A stretch of DNA of 64,000 bases, from positions 2,720,001-2,784,000 of the forward strand of contig CAXXVS010000003.1 of the NCBI GenBank assembly GCA_963674755.2, written 5' to 3'. Within the stretch, counting starts at the first letter, position 1; every line of letters starts with the position of its first letter. Both the position numbers and the translations under genes were made by a program. This DNA is from Desulfobacterales bacterium (GTDB taxonomy: Bacteria; Desulfobacterota; Desulfobacteria; Desulfobacterales; UBA5852). This document shows, one piece after another, positions 1-9,132 of the stretch. The notes beneath the pieces were generated by a model. That model was not told the origin of the DNA. It saw nothing but the letters and a program-made list of their open reading frames with translations, and did not search any database.

Positions 1-111
1 GCCGTGCACATCGCGTTCGATGCCCAGAATGCCTCCCAAAAGGGCCGCCGCGAAAATGCGGAAAATAAGGTTCCACGGTTCCTGTGATAGTAGATCCAAA
101 GCCATTTGCAT
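1..111 (-). CDS. MgtC/SapB family membrane protein, N-terminal part (runs off the window start)
   Basis: Manual translation MQMALDLLSQEPWNLIFRIFAAALLGGILGIERDVHG matches the MgtC N-terminal LGGxxGxER motif; start could be 105. Confidence 0.7.
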   Translation of the reverse strand, partial: MQMALDLLSQEPWNLIFRIFAAALLGGILGIERDVHG

Positions 112-251
112 TCCATCCCCACTGATTTCGATCGGGGCGTATGGGGGCCGCTAGATTTGCGGCGCGAACCTGCATGTCAAAGGTTTCGTTCAAGTAATAA
201 GCATGCTTATATTAACAGCAATCAACTTAAAAGATTTTGGAAGGTATGACA

Positions 252-470
252 ATGATCCCGTCTGAACCGGTTTGCTATTGCTTCGGGTACACGGCCGAGG
301 ATATCCGCAGGGACTATGCGGAACATGGGTATTCAACCCTTCTGGAGAGGATCAAAGCGGAGAAGAAAAGGGGGAATTGCCAGTGCGGGATCAAAAACCC
401 CAAAGGCCGTTGATGCCTGGCGGATGTTCGCCAGGTGGTGAACCGGATTGTCACGGATCAAATAAACTGA
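252..470 (+). CDS. Small CopZ/BFD-like (2Fe-2S)-binding metallochaperone-like selenoprotein (Csac_0668-like); UGA at 411-413 read as Sec
   Basis: Manual translation MIPSEPVCYCFGYTAEDIRRDYAEHGYSTLLERIKAEKKRGNCQCGIKNPKGR-U-CLADVRQVVNRIVTDQIN; the family motif CYCF...CxC..NPxGxCC has UGA at the first Cys of CC; GGAAGG RBS at 239-244. Confidence 0.8.
426..443 (+). promoter_or_regulatory. Putative bacterial SECIS element
   Basis: GTTCGCC-AGGT-GGTGAAC stem-loop (one G-U pair) starting 12 nt after the UGA at 411-413, with G and GU in the apical loop. Confidence 0.6.
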
Positions 471-545
471 ATGTTTGCCTTTTCCCTTCTCGCCTTTATT
501 CCGATCCATGCATGAATAGTTGGCGTCCTAAAAAGTTCCTGAGCC

Positions 546-614
546 GTCACGCCCGCGAAGTCGGGAGTCCAAAACTATTGAACTAACGGGTTTCCCGTCT
601 TCACGGAAAATGAC
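546..614. repeat. Degenerate REP-like doublet (GTCATTCCCGCGAAGGCGGGAATCCA type)
   Basis: gtcacgcccgcgaagtcgggagtcca ... gggtttcccgtcttcacggaaaatgac, two inverted imperfect palindromes between convergent genes. Confidence 0.55.
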
Positions 615-708
615 AAGCCGATGCTTTCAGGCGTTTTTTAAAAGTGCATTAAGCATGGAACGATAGGTCCTTCTAATTGCACCCGGCAGCCTGTCGCGGT
701 TCTATCCA

Positions 709-1170
709 CTATCCCGGGTCGACGGCTTCAAACGCCTTGTGACGGTATTTCACGAAGGCTATCTTTTTATCGCGGGCAAACCCCAGGCGGGAGAAGAACT
801 CATGAGCCGCGCTGCGGAAAACGCTGCTGGACAGCATGATCTTGGTGCAGTGCTGCCGCCAGCAGACGGCTTCGATTTCCTGAACCAGAAAGCGGCCCCA
901 CCCGCCGCCGCGCCGAACAGGGTCCACCACCAGGTTTTCGAGCACGGCATAGGGGAGGGTGCCGTACATGGGATCCAGGCACAGGGTGAGGAAAGCGGTG
1001 GCCCATACGCCGCCGTCTTCTTCTCCGACAAACAGAAAATTGTGGGGGTCGGCAGCGATTTGTGCGACCCGCTCCGGGGTCACGGCCAGATGACGGTCTC
1101 CAGGCGCCAGGATGCGATAGAGCCGCAAAATAGCCGCTGCATCGGCCGCAACCGCTTCGCGCAGAATCAT
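709..1170 (-). CDS. GNAT family N-acetyltransferase
   Basis: ENLVVDPVRRGGGWGR acetyl-CoA motif A; AHEFFSRLGF; start MILREA after a GGAGGGG RBS. Confidence 0.85.
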   Translation of the reverse strand: MILREAVAADAAAILRLYRILAPGDRHLAVTPERVAQIAADPHNFLFVGEEDGGVWATAFLTLCLDPMYGTLPYAVLENLVVDPVRRGGGWGRFLVQEIEAVCWRQHCTKIMLSSSVFRSAAHEFFSRLGFARDKKIAFVKYRHKAFEAVDPG

Positions 1171-1411
1171 AGGCCCTCCCCTCCGGTCGCATGGCGATCG
1201 TGGTGTCCATAAGGTGAAACAGCGTCCACGACCATAGCAATACCATTCTCCGGATTCAAGCAAACCGATGGATTGCAGCCTTTTCAGACACGCAAGGACC
1301 TGTCGGCGCTAAAACTAAATCTTGCATAGGCTGCCGATCCGGGCTATCAAAAGCACTCTCGCCGGCGAACCAACCTCATAAGCAGCCACAGCTGCACGGA
1401 GACGACCCACG

Positions 1412-2587
1412 ATGAAAATCATTGTGCTGGGTGGACTCGGATACCAGGGCAGGGCCGCACTCATCGATCTGATGCGCAGTGCGGAGGTAACCGAAGTGGT
1501 CTGCGCCGACGCGCAAACCGACGGCCTGGCGGCCCTGGCCGGTTTCGAGGGCTTTGCCAAAGTGCGGGCGGTAGCGGTGAACGCCGCCTCGCCGGACACT
1601 TTGGCCGCCCTGCTGGAAGAGGGGGCGGATGCGGCCATCGACCTGCTGCCCATCCAGTTTATGCCGGCGGCGTTCGAGGCTGCCGTCGCCGCGCGCGTGC
1701 CCCTGGTGAGCACCAACTATGCGAAAGATTTGCGCCATCTGGATCAGCCCGCCCGGGAACGGGGGGTCACCCTCATGCCCGAATGCGGCCTGGATCCGGG
1801 CATCGATCTGGTCATCATCGGGGGCGCGGTGCCGCGCTTCGACCGCCTGACCCGGCTGGATTCTTATTGCGGCGGCATTCCCGAAAAGAGCGCCTGCGAC
1901 AATCCGCTCAACTACAAGATCAGCTGGAACTGGGAGATGGTCCTCACCAGCCAGATGCGTCCGTCGCGCTTTATCCGTGACGGCCGGACGCTCGATGTGC
2001 CGGCCGCCGACCAGCATGCCTGCGGGATGAACCACGAGGTGGACTTTCCCAGCCTGGGCCGGCTGGAAGCCATCCCCAACGGCGACGCCGTGGCCTATAT
2101 CGAACGACTCGGGTTGTCGGAAACCATCCGGGACGCCGGCCGCTATTCCCTGCGCTGGCCGGGCTGGCGTGCTTTCTGGCAGACCCTGAAACTGTTGGGG
2201 TTTTTGGAGGAAGCGCCGGTGCCCGGCCTCCCCGGGGGGGTGTCGCCCAAGCAATTTATGGTGAAGCACCTGGAGCCCCGGCTGCAATACGGGCCGCAAG
2301 AAAAGGACCTGACGCCCATGGTCAATGTCTTCGAAGGCGAAAAGGACGGGCGCCGCCTGCGCCTGACCACCCGTCTGCTCATCGCGCGCGACCTGACAAG
2401 CGGTCTGCTGGGCATGAGCCTGGGCGTGGGCTGGACGGCCAGCCTGGTGGCCCAGATGATCGCCCGGGGCGAGATCGCAACCCCCGGGCTGCTCTCGCCC
2501 GTGCAGGATATTCCTTACGGCCGTTTCATGGCCGAGCTGGCGAACCGGGGGATTAACGTCAAGGAAGACATCGAGTGGCTGGGGTGA
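1412..2587 (+). CDS. Saccharopine dehydrogenase / lysine 6-dehydrogenase family protein
   Basis: N-terminal GGLGYQG Rossmann motif; ECGLDPGID, SYCGGIP, NPLNYKISW motifs. Confidence 0.85.
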   Translation: MKIIVLGGLGYQGRAALIDLMRSAEVTEVVCADAQTDGLAALAGFEGFAKVRAVAVNAASPDTLAALLEEGADAAIDLLPIQFMPAAFEAAVAARVPLVSTNYAKDLRHLDQPARERGVTLMPECGLDPGIDLVIIGGAVPRFDRLTRLDSYCGGIPEKSACDNPLNYKISWNWEMVLTSQMRPSRFIRDGRTLDVPAADQHACGMNHEVDFPSLGRLEAIPNGDAVAYIERLGLSETIRDAGRYSLRWPGWRAFWQTLKLLGFLEEAPVPGLPGGVSPKQFMVKHLEPRLQYGPQEKDLTPMVNVFEGEKDGRRLRLTTRLLIARDLTSGLLGMSLGVGWTASLVAQMIARGEIATPGLLSPVQDIPYGRFMAELANRGINVKEDIEWLG

Positions 2588-2652
2588 CCGACAATGAGCG
2601 GCCGCCCGTGCATAGACGTTTTTGTAACAACCCTCATAAAAGGAGAAAAGTG

Positions 2653-3450
2653 ATGCGTATGGCAAAAATCGGTCGAATCCTTTTACTGCTGGTCTTCGTA
2701 GTGGGGCTGGCCGCGGCGGCCCAGGCCGACGCCCTGGAGGACATCCTCCAGCGCGGCGAACTGCGGGTGGCCGTCCAGACCCAGGGCCCTCCTTTCAGCT
2801 TCGTGGACAAGAACGGCGAGCGGACCGGCAGCTCGGTGGAATTCTGCAAGCTGATGGCCCAGGAGATGGGGGTCAAGGTCGTCTTCCTGGATTATGACTG
2901 GGACGGCCTGATTCCGGCCCTGCTGTCCAAGAAGGCGGACATTTTGGCGGCCGACATGACCGCCAAGCTGAGCCGGGCCCTGAAAGTTTCCTTCACCAAA
3001 CCGTTCTACACCACCGGCCAGGTGATGTACGTGAAGGCCGGCTCGCCCATCAAGTCGGCGGCCGACGCCAACAAGCCGGACATCACGGTGGCCACCCTGC
3101 TGGGTTCCAGCTACACGGACACCGCCAAGAAGTTCATGCCCAAGGCCACCATCAAGGAGTACAAGGGCGGCGGCAACATCGCCATGAACGCCGTGGTGGC
3201 GGGCCATGCCGACGTGGGCGTGGCCGATCTGAGCTCGGTGAACGCCATGGCGGCCACCTATCCGCCGGGCACCCTGACCATTCTGCCGGCCATGCTGTCC
3301 TATGAACCCCTGAGCTTTGCGGTGCGACCCGAAGACCGCCACCTGCTGGAGTGGGTCAACCTGTTCTTCGACTGGATCCGCGCCGACGGCCGCTACGATG
3401 CCAACATGGAGTATTGGGTGGAGACCACGGACTGGAAGGCCGACCATTAG
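2653..3450 (+). CDS. Polar amino acid ABC transporter substrate-binding protein
   Basis: Signal peptide; RGELRVA, WDGLIPAL, SFTKPF; AGGAG RBS upstream. Confidence 0.9.
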   Translation: MRMAKIGRILLLLVFVVGLAAAAQADALEDILQRGELRVAVQTQGPPFSFVDKNGERTGSSVEFCKLMAQEMGVKVVFLDYDWDGLIPALLSKKADILAADMTAKLSRALKVSFTKPFYTTGQVMYVKAGSPIKSAADANKPDITVATLLGSSYTDTAKKFMPKATIKEYKGGGNIAMNAVVAGHADVGVADLSSVNAMAATYPPGTLTILPAMLSYEPLSFAVRPEDRHLLEWVNLFFDWIRADGRYDANMEYWVETTDWKADH

Positions 3451-3594
3451 AAACCGTCTTGGAAAAGTCTTTTGATCCCATATCGGCGTTGGATGCTTCT
3501 TTCGCCTCCTCGAAATACCGATGTATTCCTGCGGGGCGAAAGGCGCATCCGCCTTGATCTGGGATCAAAATCCAGATTTCAAGACGGTTTCTAA
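3447..3594. mobile_element. MITE-like 148 bp long palindrome
   Basis: Perfect 15 bp terminal inverted repeats TTAGAAACCGTCTTG / CAAGACGGTTTCTAA with nested internal IRs (3470-3480/3560-3570; 3499-3506/3535-3542); TA at both ends. Confidence 0.7.
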
Positions 3595-3694
3595 AAGCGT
3601 TTCTGCTTGGAATCGGTGGCTGAGGGGTTTGGTACCGGCCGCCGATACGTTATTGAATTGGATCCAAACCGCTTGATCCACAAGGTGCGGCCGC

Positions 3695-4369
3695 ATGCTG
3701 GAAACCTTCAATTTCCGCGTTATCTGGGCCACCATGCCCCAGTTCCTGCACGGGTTGGGCGCTACGGCCTGGATCTCGCTGGTGGCCCTGGTGGGGGCCA
3801 TGCTGGTGGGCATCCTGGCCTGTGTGATGCGGCTTTCGGGACGGCGCCTGCTTGCCCTGCCGGCCGTGGTCTTCATTGAAGTCATCCGTTCGACCCCGCT
3901 CCTGGCGCAGCTCTATTTCTTCTATTTCGGCCTGCCGGGGCTGGGGTTGCGGTTTTCCGAAACCCAGACCGGGATCGTGGCCCTTTCCCTCAACAGCGGG
4001 GCCTATGTGGCCGAGATCATCCGGGCCGGAGTGATGTCGATTCCCCGGGGACAGACCGAGGCCGCGGCGGCCTCCGGGCTGAACCTCTACCAGCGCCTGC
4101 GCTATATCATCCTGCCCCAGGCCATCGGCGTCACCATTCCGGCCCTGCTGGGGCAGATGATCGTGCTGGTCAAGGACAGCGCCCTGCTGGCCCTCATCTC
4201 GGTGTTCGAACTGACCCGGGCCGGGCAACTGATGGCCTCGGAGCGTTTCATGCCGGCCGAAGGCTTTTTCACCACGGCTGTCTTCTATCTCCTGATCTAC
4301 TTCGTGCTGAAATATGCTTCCGGTCAATGGCAGAAGCGGCTGATTTTCCGGCCGGCGGGAGGGGTCTGA
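3695..4369 (+). CDS. Amino acid ABC transporter permease (HisM/GlnP type)
   Basis: RSTPLLAQL; EIIRAG...GQTEAAAASG EAA loop; LVKDSAL. Confidence 0.9.
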   Translation: MLETFNFRVIWATMPQFLHGLGATAWISLVALVGAMLVGILACVMRLSGRRLLALPAVVFIEVIRSTPLLAQLYFFYFGLPGLGLRFSETQTGIVALSLNSGAYVAEIIRAGVMSIPRGQTEAAAASGLNLYQRLRYIILPQAIGVTIPALLGQMIVLVKDSALLALISVFELTRAGQLMASERFMPAEGFFTTAVFYLLIYFVLKYASGQWQKRLIFRPAGGV

Positions 4370-4372
4370 GCC

Positions 4373-5041
4373 ATGTGGGGCTTTTATCTCCAGAATCTGC
4401 TCGATTCACTGCCCTTTTTCTTCAAGGGCCTCTGGGTGACGGTCCAGGTGGCGGGCCTGAGCCTGGCCATCGGTACGGTCTGCGGCTTCATGCTGGGCAT
4501 CGCCCGTGCGGGTCGGGTCCGCGCCCTGAACTTTGTCCTGGCCGTCTATGTGGACCTGATCCGCGGCACCCCGTTCCTGGTGCAGATTTTCATCGTGTTC
4601 TTCATCCTGCCCGAGTGGGGCATCCAGTTGGAAGCCTTCAGTTCGGCGGTGTTGAGCCTCTCGATCTACGGCACGGCCTACATCTGCGAAATCGTCTGCG
4701 GCGCCGTCCAGGGCGTACCCAATGGACAGCGCGAAGCCGCGGCGGCCAGCGGGTTGAACTGGATCCAGCAGATGCGCTATGTGGTGGTGCCCCAGGCCCT
4801 GCGGCCGATCCTGCCGCCCCTGGTGGGACAATATGTGCTGTTGATCAAGGACACGGCCGTGGTCTCGGTGATCGGATTGACGGACGTGACCCGCGTGGGC
4901 TGGCTCACCGTGCAACGTATTCCCAACGGTATCCTGGTGTTCGGCCTGGTGGGCCTGCTGTACTTTTCGATCTGCTACCCCCTGGTTTGGTTTTCCAACC
5001 GGCTGGAAGGCCGGCTGACAGTGGAGGACAACACGCTCTAA
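4373..5041 (+). CDS. Amino acid ABC transporter permease
   Basis: IRGTPFLVQ; GQREAAAASG; LIKDTA. Confidence 0.9.
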   Translation: MWGFYLQNLLDSLPFFFKGLWVTVQVAGLSLAIGTVCGFMLGIARAGRVRALNFVLAVYVDLIRGTPFLVQIFIVFFILPEWGIQLEAFSSAVLSLSIYGTAYICEIVCGAVQGVPNGQREAAAASGLNWIQQMRYVVVPQALRPILPPLVGQYVLLIKDTAVVSVIGLTDVTRVGWLTVQRIPNGILVFGLVGLLYFSICYPLVWFSNRLEGRLTVEDNTL

Positions 5042-5107
5042 CAGGCCATGGATAAACGGCGCCAAAGGCCGAAATGCAGCGTGACAATAAGCGGAGAACG
5101 AGCGCGC

Positions 5108-5836
5108 ATGATTCGCTTCAACAAGGTGAACAAGTACTTCGGCGACCTGCACGTGCTGCAGGATATCGACCTCAACATCGCCCCTAGTGAGGTGGCCGTG
5201 GTCTGCGGCCCCAGCGGTTCAGGCAAGAGTACCCTGATCCGCTGCATCAACCGCCTGGAGACGATCCAGTCCGGCGAAATTTTCGTGGACGACCTCGCGG
5301 TCCACGACCGCGCCACGGATCTCATCCGCCTGCGGACCGAGGTGGGCTTCGTCTTCCAGCAGTTCAACCTTTACCCCCACATGACGGCCCTGGAAAACGT
5401 GACCCTGGCGCCCATGAAGGTGCGTAAGACTCCACCGACCCAGGCCCGGGAACTCGGTCTGGACCTGTTGGCCAAGGTGGGCATCCACGAGAAGGCCGAT
5501 GCCTACCCGGCCCAGCTTTCGGGCGGCCAGCAGCAGCGGGTGGCCATTGCCCGGGGCCTGGCCATGGAGCCCCAAATCATGCTCTTCGACGAGCCCACGT
5601 CCGCCCTGGACCCGGAGATGATCAACGAGGTCCTGGAGGTCATGATCCAGCTTGCCAAGGACGGCATGACCATGGTGGTGGTGACCCACGAGATGGGCTT
5701 TGCCCGGGAAGTGGGCCACAAAGTCGTCTTCATGGACATGGGCCAGATTGTCGAAACTGCCTCGCCCGACAAATTCTTCACCAACGCCCAAAACGAGCGC
5801 ACCCTGCTGTTCCTGAGCAAGATCTTAAGCCACTGA
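5108..5836 (+). CDS. Amino acid ABC transporter ATP-binding protein (GlnQ type)
   Basis: GPSGSGKS, LSGGQQQR, LFDEPTSALDPE, VVTHEMGFA. Confidence 0.95.
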   Translation: MIRFNKVNKYFGDLHVLQDIDLNIAPSEVAVVCGPSGSGKSTLIRCINRLETIQSGEIFVDDLAVHDRATDLIRLRTEVGFVFQQFNLYPHMTALENVTLAPMKVRKTPPTQARELGLDLLAKVGIHEKADAYPAQLSGGQQQRVAIARGLAMEPQIMLFDEPTSALDPEMINEVLEVMIQLAKDGMTMVVVTHEMGFAREVGHKVVFMDMGQIVETASPDKFFTNAQNERTLLFLSKILSH

Positions 5837-5870
5837 AATGCCCTTTGCGGCGGTTCTTCGCGGGAGACGC

Positions 5871-7019
5871 ATGCCCCGATCCGAGGACAATTCGAAAACA
5901 CTTTTTGCCGACGCCGAAGACCTGTCCGGTCCCTGGATCGAAGTGGATCTGGCCGCCATCGCACGCAATGCCGAACGGATTCACCGTTGGTGCGGCCGGC
6001 CCCTGATGCCGGTGATCAAGGCCAATGCCTATGGTCATGGAATCGTAGCGGTGGCGCGCCGGCTGGCGTGCACGGAAGGCGTTTACGGACTGTGCGTCGG
6101 CAATGTGCGCGAGGCCCGATCCCTGCGGGAGGCCGGGCTCACCCTTCCGGTTCTGAACCTGGGACCTTTTTCCCTGTCCGAAGCCGAAGACATTGTTTCC
6201 AAGGACATCATCCAATCGGTCTATTCGGAGGCCGTCACCCTGCTGGACCGGGCCGCGGCCGCCCAGGGCCGCACGGCCGCCGTGCACATCAAGATCGACA
6301 CCGGTCTGGGCCGCACCGGTGTGTCCTATGACCGAGCCGCCGCATTCATCGCTACCGTTTCCCGCTTGAAGAACGTTCGCATCGCCGGCGTTTTCACCGC
6401 CCTTAGCGAAGATCCGGAATTCGATGCGGTCCAATTGCAGCGTTTTACGGCCGCCCTGGACCCGGCGGCCGCGGAAGGCATCGATGTAGGCCTGCGCCAT
6501 GCCGCCTCCAGCGCCGCCATTTTGGACCGTCCGGCCCCGGCTCTGGACCTGGTGCGCCCCGGCATCATGATTCTGGGGCACTATCCGTCGGCGGCCGAAC
6601 ACCAGCGCCGTCGCATCGAACTGGAGCCGGCCCTGGCCCTCAAGGCCCGGGTGGCCCTGGTCAAGCGCCTCGAGGCCGGTGATCCGGTGGGCTACCACCG
6701 GGCCTACCACGCGCCGGCCGACGAGACCTTTATCACCGGCGCCATCGGCTACAGCGACGGCTATCCGGTGCAGCTCGCCGATCGGGCTCCGTGCCTCATC
6801 GGCGGCCGTCGCCACCCGCTGGTGGCCGCGGTCAGCGCCAATCACATCTTCGTGCGCAGTACGGGCGGAGAAGTCCGGCCCGGCGACGAGATCGTGCTCT
6901 ACGGCCGCCAGGGCGAAGCCTTTATCGACCTGCAGGAGATCGCCGGCCTGGCCGGGCGCTCGGTCTACAACCTGCTGGCCCGTCTCAATCCGGAATTGCC
7001 ACGCTTTTACCGGGATTGA
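5871..7019 (+). CDS. alr: Alanine racemase family protein (divergent)
   Basis: VIKANAYGHG PLP-lysine motif; HIKIDTGLGR; VGY; GYSDGY. Confidence 0.8.
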   Translation: MPRSEDNSKTLFADAEDLSGPWIEVDLAAIARNAERIHRWCGRPLMPVIKANAYGHGIVAVARRLACTEGVYGLCVGNVREARSLREAGLTLPVLNLGPFSLSEAEDIVSKDIIQSVYSEAVTLLDRAAAAQGRTAAVHIKIDTGLGRTGVSYDRAAAFIATVSRLKNVRIAGVFTALSEDPEFDAVQLQRFTAALDPAAAEGIDVGLRHAASSAAILDRPAPALDLVRPGIMILGHYPSAAEHQRRRIELEPALALKARVALVKRLEAGDPVGYHRAYHAPADETFITGAIGYSDGYPVQLADRAPCLIGGRRHPLVAAVSANHIFVRSTGGEVRPGDEIVLYGRQGEAFIDLQEIAGLAGRSVYNLLARLNPELPRFYRD

Positions 7020-7062
7020 GGTCCGCGGCCAGCCGGGTGAGGGTTAAGGCACAAGCGATCAC

Positions 7063-7087
7063 CACGAAGGTCACGAAGAACACGAAG
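7063..7087 (+). repeat. Short tandem repeat CACGAAG x3 with 9 bp period
   Basis: cacgaaggt cacgaagaa cacgaag. Confidence 0.6.
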
Positions 7088-7165
7088 GGGGTTGCGTTTT
7101 GATCTAAACGCGCCACCTCTGGTGGAGGATGTGGAGAGGTCTTACCGATCAGGTTTTATCCTGAT

Positions 7166-7197
7166 GTTACTTTTCTTCCGCGTGGCAGAAAAGTAAC
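7166..7197. repeat. REP-like hairpin GTTACTTTTCT...AGAAAAGTAAC
   Basis: Perfect 11 bp stem with 10 nt loop, intergenic. Confidence 0.6.
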
Positions 7198-7446
7198 CAA
7201 TAACGCCTCCGCGTGACAGGTCTCAGACGCCCGTGTCCCGCTTGATCCTGCGCGTCGTCGGCTCGGGACAAAGGGAAACCGGAAAACCAAAAATCGAAAC
7301 ATTATTTTATAACCTCCTTTGAGGGGACTACTTGAAGCCTCCTGGTCTGCTAAAGGAGCCTCACTTATAAATCCTGTCGCCGGGAACTTTTTAGAGCATT
7401 ATTCTGATAAGATCTCGGATAAGGCATTAAAGGAGATCCAACAACG

Positions 7447-8496
7447 ATGACCGTCCAACCGAGCACTTCTTATATCGAACGTATCGATGCCCTGGCCCCG
7501 CCGCGCTTGGCGCTGGCCCATCTGCCCACCCCGCTGCAGCCCCTGGAGCGGCTCGGGCGGGAGCTGGGCGTGGATCTATGGGTCAAGCGTGACGACTACA
7601 CCGGCGCCGAACTCAGCGGCAACAAGATCCGCAAGCTGGAATACGTCCTGGCCGAGGCCCGCGCCCGGGGCGCCGACACGGTGCTGACCTGCGGCGGGGT
7701 CCAGTCCAACCACTGTCGGGCCACGGCCCTGGCGGCCGCCCGTATGGGGCTAAACTGCACCCTGTTGCTGCGCATTGCCGATCCTGCGTCGCCGCCGCCC
7801 CTGACGGCCAACAGCCTGCTCGACCGGCTGGCCGGGGCCCGCATCGTCTGGGTGTCGCCGGAGGAATACCGCCACCGGGAAGATGTCTTTGAGCAGGAGG
7901 CCGAGGCCCTGCGGAGGGCCGGCCGCCACCCTTACATCATTCCCGAGGGGGCTTCGGACGCCTTAGGTGCCTGGGGCTACATGCGCGCCATGGCCGAGCT
8001 GGCCACCGACATTGCCCGTCTGGACGACGCCGGTCCGAAGCCCACCACGGTGGTCCACGCCACCGGTTCGGGGGGCACCGGCGCCGGTCTCGTGCTTGGG
8101 AAATTGGTTCTCGGCCTGGACCTGCGGGTAGTGAGCGTCAATGTGTGCGACGACCGGGACTATTTTATCCGGGTGTCGGGCGCGATTTGCCGGGAGGCCA
8201 TTGACCGCTACGGCCTTGACGTGGCGTTCGATGCCGAGCGCGATCTGGAGATTGTGGACGGTTATGTGGGCGTCGGCTACGCCCTGTCGCGTCCCGAAGA
8301 GCTGGAGCTGATCACCCATGTGTGCCGCCGGGAAGGCCTTGTGCTGGATCCGGTATACACCGGCAAGGCCTTCTTCGGCCTGGTGGATCAGCTCCGGAAG
8401 AATCCGCGAATTTTCGGGGAGCGCATCATCTTCCTGCACACCGGCGGTCTCTTCGGCCTTTTCCCCAAGGCGGAAGAACTGGCGTCCCTGCTTTGA
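7447..8496 (+). CDS. D-cysteine desulfhydrase / ACC deaminase family PLP enzyme
   Basis: KRDD...SGNKIRKLEY, GGVQSNHCR, GSGGT, LDPVYTGKA, FLHTGG. Confidence 0.9.
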   Translation: MTVQPSTSYIERIDALAPPRLALAHLPTPLQPLERLGRELGVDLWVKRDDYTGAELSGNKIRKLEYVLAEARARGADTVLTCGGVQSNHCRATALAAARMGLNCTLLLRIADPASPPPLTANSLLDRLAGARIVWVSPEEYRHREDVFEQEAEALRRAGRHPYIIPEGASDALGAWGYMRAMAELATDIARLDDAGPKPTTVVHATGSGGTGAGLVLGKLVLGLDLRVVSVNVCDDRDYFIRVSGAICREAIDRYGLDVAFDAERDLEIVDGYVGVGYALSRPEELELITHVCRREGLVLDPVYTGKAFFGLVDQLRKNPRIFGERIIFLHTGGLFGLFPKAEELASLL

Positions 8497-8628
8497 GCGG
8501 ACGGATTGATAGAGATCAACGTCGGGAATGGGTTTTCTGATTTGCTAAATCCCTAAAAAGAACCCTCTGAGATCTCCGGCTCTGCGGGAGGAGATTTGCT
8601 CAACCGAAATAAAGGGAGACATTTTTGC

Positions 8629-9111
8629 ATGGGACGGCGCATGATCGCATTGGCGGCGATGCTGGTGCTGGCCGCCTGTATGGCGGGCGGCCCCGGGGTT
8701 TCCCACGAGATCACCTATACGGCCAAGGGGACCCGCTCCGAGGCCCGGCACGGGCACCTGTTCGTGGACGGGCGCGAAGTGCCCTGGGTTTTTTCGCGGG
8801 TGGCCTGCGGAGAGAGCTCCTACCGTCTGCGGTTTCGCAGCAACCTTTGGGGCGATGACGGTTACTGGCCCGAGGTGCCGGCATATGCACCGCCGGAGGA
8901 GGGGACGTTCCTGCCGGCGGCAAGTCTAAAAGAGGGTTATTTCCGATCTCTCGGACGTCCGGCAGGCACCCCCGCCGACTGGATCTGGGTGCAGTGGGGG
9001 AAGGGGCAGGCCGCCGTTGTGGCTCCGGACCGGATTGAACAGCTGATCGAAGCCGAGAAGATCCCCGGGCCGACGACCGGCTTCCCCGAGTTTCACCGCC
9101 GACCGGAGTAG
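8629..9111 (+). CDS. Hypothetical lipoprotein
   Basis: Lipobox-like LAAC after a basic/hydrophobic N-terminus; GGGAG RBS. Confidence 0.55.
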   Translation: MGRRMIALAAMLVLAACMAGGPGVSHEITYTAKGTRSEARHGHLFVDGREVPWVFSRVACGESSYRLRFRSNLWGDDGYWPEVPAYAPPEEGTFLPAASLKEGYFRSLGRPAGTPADWIWVQWGKGQAAVVAPDRIEQLIEAEKIPGPTTGFPEFHRRPE

Positions 9112-9132
9112 TTCATGGCTGCCGGCGGGCGG

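Noticed and set aside
272..586. 104 aa ORF in the track
   Set aside because: Overlaps the motif-bearing selenoprotein frame (252-470) in another frame and has no recognisable features
1304..1327. Possible sigma54 promoter upstream of the saccharopine dehydrogenase gene
   Set aside because: Spacing between the GG and TTGC elements does not fit -24/-12
7063..7087. Possible CRISPR array
   Set aside because: 7 bp units with 2 bp spacers; no CRISPR-sized repeats or cas genes anywhere in the window
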